IMG/VR virus record: IMGVR_UViG_3300010366_000040
Location: 1-31,356 of that record
DNA: 31,356 nt
Direction: 5' to 3' (one strand)
Source of the DNA: a virus
Taxonomy: Duplodnaviria > Caudoviricetes
The notes below the pieces were generated by a model. That model was not told the origin of the DNA. It did no database searches and saw only the letters and a program-made list of their open reading frames with translations. A program made the position numbers and the translations under genes. Shown one piece after another: positions 1 to 6,614 of this stretch (position 1 is the first letter of the stretch; every line of letters begins with the position of its first letter).

Positions 1-77
1 GACCGTCGCGCTCCACGAACTCGCACTCGCACAGGGCTCGCGCGACCGGCAGGCCTTCGCCCGACGCTGGGTCGCAA

Positions 78-412
78 CCAAGCGCCGGGCTTGGGCCTCG
101 GAAGGATCACTCCCTCTGACATCACCGAACCAGACAGGAGGTGATCGCCTGGAGAACGGTACCCGCTGACAAGGGAGCATCGCCGCCAGGGTCGGTGTAG
201 ACCCCAGGGGGAACGTCCCGCCAGAGCATGGGACTCTAGGGAGGAAGAGGCCTCCCCGTGGCGGGCGTCCAGGCCGACAGCGGACGCGGGCAAGGTCACT
301 TCCAAACGACCGGCGCACCGCGCGTCTGGACGATCCCCTGGCCCAGAGGCATCAGGCCCACGCGAGCTTGCCCCACCAGCGCCAGCGCTCGTCGTCGCTC
401 GACTGCGCTGGC
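78..412 (+). ncRNA. candidate structured RNA / leader (nested helices)
   Basis: No credible ORF. Many mutually compatible stems: 78-83/89-94, 105-110/141-146, 189-193/200-204, 204-210/335-341 (enclosing 217-223/259-265 and 266-272/326-332), 239-244/251-256, 381-388/405-412. Strand assumed from the downstream operon. Confidence 0.4.
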
Positions 413-448
413 CGTAAGTGCCTATCCCAGAGCTAGAAGGGTCGCCCT

Positions 449-649
449 ATGTCGAAACACGAACTGGACGAGTACGACAAGCGCAAGATCGAGATCGGAG
501 TCACGAGCATCCCTCGCGGCACCGAACCCGCGATCGAGCGCTGCGCCCACATGCTCCGCGAGTCCATGCGCACCACGAGCAGGACAGCGAGCAAGGGCTA
601 CCTCGGAGCAGCGAAGTGGTTCGCCTGGGCCGCCCAAAAGGAGAAGTGA
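449..649 (+). CDS. small hypothetical phage protein (66 aa)
   Basis: ATG start with purine-rich AGAAGGG upstream; GC3-rich codons; its TGA overlaps the next ATG (TGATG coupling). Confidence 0.65.
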   Translation: MSKHELDEYDKRKIEIGVTSIPRGTEPAIERCAHMLRESMRTTSRTASKGYLGAAKWFAWAAQKEK

Positions 650-1389
650 TGGCAACGACCAGGCCTCGCACGAGGCGCAAGACAGCAGCCGTCGAGGACG
701 GCACCGAGGACGGCGTCGAGCTGCAGCCTGCAGCCGCAGGCAACGGCGGCAACGGGCACGACGCGCTGCTCACCGCAGCCGACCTGTTCGGCAACTTCGA
801 GATGCCCTACGCGGTCACCGTCACGATCGCGGGCGTGAAGACCTACTTCTTCTCCAGACCCGACATGGACGAGTGGGAGAAGAAGGAGAACAGCGCGCCG
901 GGCTCGCGCGCGCGCAAGGAGACAGACCCCGAGTCGCTCGTGTGGCGGCTCGACAACTACTGCCTCGCGTTCCCGTCGACGCAGATCAAGACGGCGCTGA
1001 TGGCGGCCGGGCGCTACTCGCCCGACCCGTCCAAGTCGGGGAGGCGCACCGCCGCCCCGTTCATCGCCGAGTCGTTCGGGGTCGCCGAGGACTCGATCGG
1101 CTTCCACGACGCCGACGGCGAAGAGGTCGAGGAGTGGGACGAGGTCGACGTCCGGATCGTGCGCTACGCCAACGGCCGCTTCGGGCCCCGGCGCAGGCCG
1201 ATCTTCCACCCGGGCTGGAGAGCCACGTTCAACCTCCAGATCCTGGTGCCGGAGCTGATCAGCCCCGGCGACGTGCTGATCCTCGTGAACCGCGCCGGGA
1301 TGGTGCGCGGCATCGGAGACAACACCAAGTTCGGTGCCGGGCGGTTCGTCGTCGAGTCCTTCTCCGAGCCGTACATCGCGAGCTGGTAG
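649..1389 (+). CDS. stand-alone Cas7-like / RAMP-superfamily RNA-binding protein (246 aa)
   Basis: SD AAAGGAG (637-643) before ATG 649. RAMP-like motif order: YAVTVTIAGVKTYFF, LAFPSTQIKTALMAAG, DVRIV...RRRPIFHPGWRATFNL, and C-terminal Gly-rich loop AGMVRGIGD-x4-GAGRF. Confidence 0.75.
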   Translation: MATTRPRTRRKTAAVEDGTEDGVELQPAAAGNGGNGHDALLTAADLFGNFEMPYAVTVTIAGVKTYFFSRPDMDEWEKKENSAPGSRARKETDPESLVWRLDNYCLAFPSTQIKTALMAAGRYSPDPSKSGRRTAAPFIAESFGVAEDSIGFHDADGEEVEEWDEVDVRIVRYANGRFGPRRRPIFHPGWRATFNLQILVPELISPGDVLILVNRAGMVRGIGDNTKFGAGRFVVESFSEPYIASW

Positions 1390-1524
1390 GGGCGTAGGAC
1401 GGCAGGCCGAGAGGACGTGGAGTCGGTGGGACGGACAGAAAGGAGGCGAGGCTCGGTGGGCGGGCCGAAGGCTGGGGGCGATGGTCTGGCGGAAGGGCGG
1501 CTGGCGGGCTGGCGGGGTGGCGTT

Positions 1525-1558
1525 CGACGCTCGGGGCTCGAAAGGGCCCCGGGCGTGG
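1525..1558 (+). repeat. hairpin repeat copy 1 (ACGCTCGGGGCTC-GAAA-GGGCCCCGGGCGT)
   Basis: 13-bp stem (2 G-U) with a GAAA tetraloop; arms shared with the copy at 1764-1795. Confidence 0.85.
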
Positions 1559-1763
1559 GACGGCTCGACGGGCCGTTGGCCGAACGGAGGGTTTGGAACC
1601 GAGGACGGAACGATAGAGCGGCTGGTGGGCGGCTGGTGGGGTTGGCGGCAGGACGGCAGGTTGCGCTGGGAGGGGAGTCGGCGGGTGGGGTGGACGGGGC
1701 CTTTGGAAGGGTGGTCGGCGGGTCGGACTGCTGGAAGGTTTCCTGCTCGGCATGGCAGGAGCA

Positions 1764-1795
1764 CGACGCTCGGGGCAGCAGTGCCCCGGGCGTGG
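1764..1795 (+). repeat. hairpin repeat copy 2 (ACGCTCGGGGCA-GCAG-TGCCCCGGGCGT)
   Basis: Same CGACGCTCGGGGC / GCCCCGGGCGTGG arms as copy 1, with a different apex that still pairs; 239 nt downstream of copy 1. Confidence 0.85.
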
Positions 1796-2062
1796 CGCTC
1801 TGGCGAGGTTGGTACGAAGGGCGGTCAGAGGGCTCGGTGGGTGGAGTGGGTGGACGGGCTGGGAGGCCGGGCGGCTCGACGGCTGGGCTCCATGGGCGAA
1901 CGGCAGGCCGAGAGGAATGGAGGACGGCGGGCTGGCTGGTGGGCCGGGCCCCAGGGAGGAAGGCGGGCTGGATGGTGGCGTGGGAGGTAACGAGGATGGG
2001 GGCAAGGGCGGCAAAGCCGGATGGGACAACGGTCGGGAGGATCGGTGGCGGGGTGGCTGGGA

Positions 2063-2320
2063 GTGAGTGAGCAGCTCGGTGCGGCGCTGGTCGAGCTGCT
2101 CACTCCGCTCGTGCGCGGACTCGTCGTCGACGAGGTCGAACGCCAGCAGGTCGCGCAGCGCTGGCTGCCGGTGAGCGAAGCGGCCCGCCGCTACGACATG
2201 AGCGAGAACACGATCCGCAGGCGAGTGGCCCGCGGAACGATGCCCGGGGTCAAAGTCGAGGGCCGCGTGTTCGTCGACGCGGTCGCCTGGGAGCGGGAAC
2301 TGGAGGAGCGGCTACAATGA
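2063..2320 (+). CDS. xis: excisionase-like / MerR-type HTH DNA-binding protein
   Basis: WLPVSEAARRYDMSENTIRRRVARGTMPGVKVEGRVFV is a typical Xis/HTH_17 pattern; lies directly upstream of the integrase. GTG start at 2063 is inferred. Confidence 0.75.
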   Translation: MSEQLGAALVELLTPLVRGLVVDEVERQQVAQRWLPVSEAARRYDMSENTIRRRVARGTMPGVKVEGRVFVDAVAWERELEERLQ

Positions 2321-3735
2321 CCTTTCACTCAAATGAGAGAAATGTGCCCCGGCGGTCGGCAAACCCCGGGGCGCGGACACGAGAAAGGATGGTTCCCATG
2401 TCAGCAGTAGCTTACGACAGGCCGCGCGGCCGGATCCCGGGGAAGCCCAGGCTCGGCTACGTCAAGCAGGCCGACGGCTCGATCCACTACACGTTCACCA
2501 CCAAGAAGCGCGGCGAGACGCGGCAGGAGACGTGGAAGGTCGACGAGGCCGAGGCGTTCCGCCTCTACGACGTCGCGGTCGGAAAGGACGCCGACGGCGA
2601 GATCGTCGTGGCGAAGGGCTCGATCACGCTCGCCGACGTGATCAGCCTCCATCTCACCCAGACCGAGGCGAAGGTCGGCAAGACCCGCACCGACGGCACC
2701 TACGTCAAGGAGGAGCTGCACTGCCGCCGCTACATCGAGCCGTTCTTCCGCGGCACGACACGGTTCGCCTCGATCGGCGAGGAGGACATCGAGGACTTCC
2801 TCCAGTACCTGCGCTTCGACAAGGAGCTGTCGCACTGGTACGTCCACAAGATCCTGCAGACCGTGAAGAACCTGTACAAGGTGGCGCTGCGGAAGCAGTG
2901 GATCAACCGCAACCCCGTCCCGCTGGTCGACAAGGACTGGGTGCCGCCGAGGGAGCCCCTGCGCGAGGCGACGATCGTGACCCCGTCCGGGTTCGCGAGG
3001 ATGATCGCGCACGTCAACCCGCTGTACCTGAACGCGCTGATCGTGCTCGCCTGCACCGGCCTGCGGATCAGCGAGCTGTGCGGGCTGCGCTGGGAGTTCG
3101 TCGACCTGGAGCTGAAGCGGCTCTACGTCGAAGAGCAGCTCGCCTACCGGCGGGTGAAGGACGAGAACGGGTTCGTGCTCCGGCGCGGCGACGGCAAGGC
3201 GGTGCGCGAGCGCTACCAGGATCAGCCGAAGGGTGCTCGCGGCCGGGGCAGGACGCGCTCGCGGCGGCCGGTGCGTCTGCTCCCGCTCGCGCTCGCGGCG
3301 CTGGAGCGGCAGCTCTTCATCGAGCAGCAGAAGGGCTTCGGCCGCCCGCAGGACTTCGTCTTCACGACGAGCGACGGGTTCCGCAAGGCCGGGCTGAAGG
3401 CCGCCTCCGGGATCTTCTCGGGCAAGGCGTTCGACCAGCACAGCCTGCGCACGCGCGGGGTCACGGCGGCGGGCAAGCTGGCCGGGCTCGGCCACGTCCT
3501 GCCGCACGATCTGCGGCACACGACGGCGAGCATGCTGCACAAGGCGGGGATCTCCGACGCGACCGCGGCGCGCATGCTCGGCCACACCACCACCCAGTAC
3601 CGCGACACCTACGTTCACGTCGTCGACCTCGACGCGGAGTTCGAGGCGCTCGACGCGGCGCTGACCGGGCTCGGGTTCGGCGTCGACCTCAACGCCACGG
3701 TCGAGGAGATCGAGGACGAGGAGGTGGCCGCGTGA
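2317..3735 (+). CDS. int: tyrosine integrase
   Basis: Catalytic motifs TGLRISELCGLRW, HDLRHT, LGH and DTYVH, with a SAM-like core-binding region. The true start may be ATG 2398 (SD AAAGGA at 2384-2389). Confidence 0.95.
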   Translation: MTFHSNERNVPRRSANPGARTRERMVPMSAVAYDRPRGRIPGKPRLGYVKQADGSIHYTFTTKKRGETRQETWKVDEAEAFRLYDVAVGKDADGEIVVAKGSITLADVISLHLTQTEAKVGKTRTDGTYVKEELHCRRYIEPFFRGTTRFASIGEEDIEDFLQYLRFDKELSHWYVHKILQTVKNLYKVALRKQWINRNPVPLVDKDWVPPREPLREATIVTPSGFARMIAHVNPLYLNALIVLACTGLRISELCGLRWEFVDLELKRLYVEEQLAYRRVKDENGFVLRRGDGKAVRERYQDQPKGARGRGRTRSRRPVRLLPLALAALERQLFIEQQKGFGRPQDFVFTTSDGFRKAGLKAASGIFSGKAFDQHSLRTRGVTAAGKLAGLGHVLPHDLRHTTASMLHKAGISDATAARMLGHTTTQYRDTYVHVVDLDAEFEALDAALTGLGFGVDLNATVEEIEDEEVAA

Positions 3736-3920
3736 GGAAATACCGCCAGCACGTCAAACATCCGAAGCACGCGAAATACGACATCAAGCGGGGGCGGCAC
3801 AAGAAGCGCGCCTCCCGCGAGGAGCGGGTATGGAACCAGGAGCATCTGGTGCCCGACCGGCCGTGCTGGATGGATCTGGAGACGTATCGCAAGCTCGCGC
3901 GGCTGCGCGAGACGCTGTAG
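3732..3920 (+). CDS. small basic hypothetical protein (62 aa)
   Basis: SD GAGGAGG; GTGA overlap with the int stop; MRKYRQHVKHPKHAKYDIKRGRHKKR...; ends just before a terminator. Confidence 0.7.
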   Translation: MRKYRQHVKHPKHAKYDIKRGRHKKRASREERVWNQEHLVPDRPCWMDLETYRKLARLRETL

Positions 3921-3923
3921 GCG

Positions 3924-3950
3924 GCGGGCCCTTCGGGGCCCGTTTGCGTT
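3924..3950 (+). terminator. intrinsic terminator
   Basis: GCGGGCCC-TTCG-GGGCCCGT (cUUCGg loop) followed by TTGCGTT. Confidence 0.8.
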
Positions 3951-3972
3951 CCCAGCCCTCGGCTTATAGGCT
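3944..3972 (+). promoter_or_regulatory. putative housekeeping-sigma promoter
   Basis: TTGCGT (3944-3949), 17-nt spacer, TAGGCT (3967-3972; TANNNT), upstream of SD AAGGAGG and the TTG start at 4003. Confidence 0.5.
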
Positions 3973-4002
3973 CCCACCTTCTCTAGTTAGGAAGGAGGGA
4001 AC

Positions 4003-4653
4003 TTGAATAACGAAGCAGTGCGGCATCTCACCTTGGCCCGAGGGTTCCTGGACAAGGGCGAGAGCTTCTACCACAAGGCCGCCGAGGAGATCGTGGCGGC
4101 GCAGCAAGCCGATCCCAGCCTCACGAATGTCGAGATCGGCGAATGGTTCGGACGCGGCAGAGACTGGGTACGCACGCTCGTTACCTGGCACACAAGCGGC
4201 GATCGCGATCGCGCTCCGTTCGCGGGCAAGAGCGAGGTCAAGGACACTTCCAAGACAAGGGTGCTCCTGCGCGAGGCTCCGATGGAGCAGGTCGAGCGGA
4301 TCCTCGACGAGCTGCCGCCGGAGCGGGTGCAGCAGATCGCTGCCGCCGCCGGGCACAGCTACCACCGAGCCCGGGTCGAGTACGACGAGTCCGAGCGGAA
4401 CATGACCCCGGCGCAGCGCTCCCAGCGCGAGGCCGAGGTCGACGAGATGCTGAAGCCGGTGCGGCAGGCCACGGCCGGGTTCGCCACGCTCGGGATCATC
4501 GGACACCTGGAGCAGGCCCACGAGGAGATCCACGAGCTGGTCGCCGACGGGTCGCTGACCAAGAAACTCGTCCGCCAGATCGACCGGGCCCTGCAGACGA
4601 TCGAAGCAGAGATGCAGGTCGCCCGCGGGCTCGTCGGGATCGAGGAGGAGTAG
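4003..4653 (+). CDS. hypothetical protein with N-terminal HTH-like motif
   Basis: Strong SD AAGGAGG and TTG start; SLTNVEIGEWFGRGRDWVRTLV resembles a helix-turn-helix; helical C-terminus. Confidence 0.8.
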   Translation: MNNEAVRHLTLARGFLDKGESFYHKAAEEIVAAQQADPSLTNVEIGEWFGRGRDWVRTLVTWHTSGDRDRAPFAGKSEVKDTSKTRVLLREAPMEQVERILDELPPERVQQIAAAAGHSYHRARVEYDESERNMTPAQRSQREAEVDEMLKPVRQATAGFATLGIIGHLEQAHEEIHELVADGSLTKKLVRQIDRALQTIEAEMQVARGLVGIEEE

Positions 4654-5156
4654 TGAACCCCCGCCTCGGGGGGCAGCTCACGATGGAAGAGATCAAGGCG
4701 ATCTACGAGAGGAAGCGATCCATGCGACCGAGATGGGAAGTCCTCGAAGAAGTCCTGATCGACCACGACACCGAACGGTTCACGAACCACACCATCGCCG
4801 ACTGGCTCAGCATCTCCAACGTGGAGGCCTCCGGCTACATCCAGGCCTACCTCGACAACCAGCGGCGGGAGAAGTCGGGGACGCTGTTCGTGCTCAAGCG
4901 GGAGGGCCGGACGAGCAACGCCGTCTGGTCGGTCGGTGAGCGCGCGACCGACATGCGCATCCTCGGCAACACGCTCCACAGCGACGTGACCCGGAAGGTG
5001 AAGCGGGCGTTCGAGCCCGACCTCGCCCGCCTCGGGGCGCGCAACCCTCGGCTGCGCAAGCGGGCCGAGCGCAAGATCCAGCGGGTCGTCGGCAACGCGC
5101 TCGTGTACCTGAAGGACATGATCAACGACCTGCACGACGACGACGACGGGGAGTGA
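4653..5156 (+). CDS. hypothetical protein, possible winged-helix DNA binder (167 aa)
   Basis: SD GAGGAGG; TAGTG coupling with the upstream stop; FTNHTIADWLSISNVEASGYIQAY followed by a beta-wing-like FVLKREGRTSNAVWSV. Confidence 0.75.
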   Translation: MNPRLGGQLTMEEIKAIYERKRSMRPRWEVLEEVLIDHDTERFTNHTIADWLSISNVEASGYIQAYLDNQRREKSGTLFVLKREGRTSNAVWSVGERATDMRILGNTLHSDVTRKVKRAFEPDLARLGARNPRLRKRAERKIQRVVGNALVYLKDMINDLHDDDDGE

Positions 5157-5174
5157 CCCCGGGCACGCCGACGC

Positions 5175-5200
5175 GGAGGGCCCCTTCGGGGGCCCTCTCT
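5175..5200 (+). terminator. terminator-like hairpin ending the two-gene unit
   Basis: GGAGGGCCCC-TTCG-GGGGCCCTCT followed by a pyrimidine tail. Confidence 0.75.
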
Positions 5201-5207
5201 CGTCTCC

Positions 5208-5421
5208 GGGTGACACGCGGGTGACAGGAACCTCCTCGAACCTGCCGCGCAGGCTCGAGATTTGGCTCTGCTGCTGGGCTCCCCGCGGAATGCCCCTTCA
5301 CCCACCAGGTGTAACCCGGGCCGTCGAGGGTGGTCGCTCCCGCTCAACCAAGCCGAAACCTGGGTTCAGCGAGTCGCCCGGCGACCCTCAAACCCGGAGG
5401 CTGGGTAACACGCGGGTGACA
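5208..5421. other. putative attP with integrase arm-type direct repeats
   Basis: GGGTGACACGCGGGTGACA (5208-5226) and GGGTAACACGCGGGTGACA (5403-5421), each a tandem GGGTRACA pair with 11-bp period. Non-coding, between convergent operons, 1.5 kb from int. Confidence 0.6.
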
Positions 5422-5427
5422 CGCCGA

Positions 5428-5491
5428 CGGGGCCCGAAGGCCCCGCCGACGCTCCAGTAGGCGCTCCCGAAGGAGCGACTACCCCGGAGCG
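5428..5491 (-). terminator. tandem cUUCGg hairpins ending the late operon
   Basis: Minus strand CGCTCC-TTCG-GGAGCG (5462-5477, extendable to 5450-5491) and CGGGGCC-TTCG-GGCCCCG (5428-5445); no clear U tract. Confidence 0.6.
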
Positions 5492-5552
5492 CTATCAGCG
5501 CCCGAGGCTCCGCGAGCGTACCCGGATTCGTGCCGACCGCGAGGCAGCACCC

Positions 5553-6614
5553 TCAGAGCCCGACGTGGAGATGGTTGTAGTGGTTGCCGCCGATCATCGA
5601 GTTGAAGATGATCTGCTTCCCGTTGATGTTGAACAGGCCGCCCGTCTGACGCCGGGCCACCTTCGGATCCATCCCCGCCGTGATCAGCGCCGCCCGGCCC
5701 AGGTTGGTGAGCGCGGCCCCGCTCGCGGGGATGTCGGCAGCGTCCCCCGTCCAGTGCCGCGACTGCCGGTGGGTGCCGACGACGAACTGGTTGTGGTTCG
5801 TCCCTGTCCCGATCTCCAACGCCCTGCCGTACGTCCCGGCGATCTGGCGGACGAAGTCGACGACGGCCGGGTGGATCGCGACCCCAGCGCGGTTGGCGTT
5901 CGGCGAGATCGTGACCTTGCCCATTCCCGACAGCGGGACGAACGGCTTGCTGACCGGGGGGACGGTGGGGACGGGCGAAGCTGCGCGAGGGCCGCCTGAG
6001 GCGGGCAGACTCGGACGACCCTCGTTCGCGATCATCGCGTCGACCAGGTTCCTGACCTGGACGGTCGGGTCGAGCCCGACGTTGCGCATGATCACGTCGT
6101 CGAACGACGGCATCTTGAGCGGCTGCGCGCGCGGCACCGCCGAAGCGAGCGTCCGCACCGCCGGAGCTGGAGCTGCTGCTGCTGTGGCCGTGACCGAGCG
6201 CCGCGAGCTGACGCCCGGATCGCCGCCGAGATCGCGCAGGAAGCCGCTCACGTTCTGCACCCAGTTCGAGTTCAGCCCGCCCGGATCGTTCGACGCGCCC
6301 TCCGGGGCCCACTTCTGCCCGATCGAGGCGACCGTGTTGCGGCCCTCGTTCAGGTAGCCGGAGCGCAGGCCCTGGGTGATCGTCGAGATCGCGTCCTCCC
6401 ACGAGCCGAAGCTCTTGCCGGGCCCCCAGCCCCAGGCGTTGTGTGCGCCGAGAGTGTGCTGGCCGAAGCCCGACTCCGCGCCGGAGATCGCGACCGGCAG
6501 CAGCGGGTCGACGCCGTACTTCTGCCCGGCGGCGACGAACACGTTGCCGAGCCCGGCGAGCGGGCTCGCCCGGCCGCTCAGGAACTTGTCGATGAGCGCG
6601 GCCTGGTCAGCCAC
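5553..6614 (-). CDS. virion-associated cell-wall hydrolase: glucosaminidase/lysozyme-like domain plus M15-like Zn peptidase
   Basis: N-terminal YGVDPLLPVAISGAESGFG...HNAWGWG...KWAP; C-terminal SRHWTGDAADI...HYNHLHVG (H-x6-D...HxH). Confidence 0.8.
   Translation of the reverse strand: MADQAALIDKFLSGRASPLAGLGNVFVAAGQKYGVDPLLPVAISGAESGFGQHTLGAHNAWGWGPGKSFGSWEDAISTITQGLRSGYLNEGRNTVASIGQKWAPEGASNDPGGLNSNWVQNVSGFLRDLGGDPGVSSRRSVTATAAAAPAPAVRTLASAVPRAQPLKMPSFDDVIMRNVGLDPTVQVRNLVDAMIANEGRPSLPASGGPRAASPVPTVPPVSKPFVPLSGMGKVTISPNANRAGVAIHPAVVDFVRQIAGTYGRALEIGTGTNHNQFVVGTHRQSRHWTGDAADIPASGAALTNLGRAALITAGMDPKVARRQTGGLFNINGKQIIFNSMIGGNHYNHLHVGL

Larger units (their letters stand above)
1390..2062 (+). ncRNA. 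GG-NN tetranucleotide-periodic array, putative guide RNA(s) for the Cas7-like protein
   Basis: In-phase GG-NN runs at 1483-1522 (9 of 10 units start GG), 1705-1740 (8 of 9) and 1886-2013 (24 of 32). NN is variable, the tract is strongly G-skewed, and it fills the gap between the Cas7-like stop and the xis start. Confidence 0.7.

Noticed and set aside
258-648. ORF 258-1397 and the N-terminal extension 418-648 of the Cas7-like ORF
   Set aside because: The first is an Arg-rich off-frame shadow. ATG 649 has an SD and TGATG coupling, and ORF 449-649 occupies the upstream space.
1390-2062. Canonical CRISPR array
   Set aside because: There are only two hairpin repeats, 239 nt apart, with periodic rather than unique spacers, and no adaptation genes.
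1390-2062. Simple microsatellite, G-quadruplex-only element or assembly artefact
   Set aside because: NN is diverse, conserved hairpins are embedded, and the tract is bounded precisely by genes. Two-tier G-quadruplex formation is possible but does not explain the adjacent Cas7-like gene; it is not fully excluded.
1259-2103. ORFs over the GG-NN tract (1334-1990, 1417-2070, 1752-2066, 1259-2029, 1825-2103)
   Set aside because: These are G/W/R- or P-rich low-complexity translations. Stops are rare in a G-rich period-4 repeat, and there is no codon bias.
5230-5310. tRNA or tmRNA fragment as att core (CCACCA near 5301-5306; GGTTCGAG on the minus strand near 5235-5242)
   Set aside because: The two pieces are on opposite strands and neither forms a T-arm or acceptor stem.
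5490-5552. Hammerhead-like ribozyme on the minus strand (CTGATAG)
   Set aside because: Lacks CUGANGA and the GAAA core.
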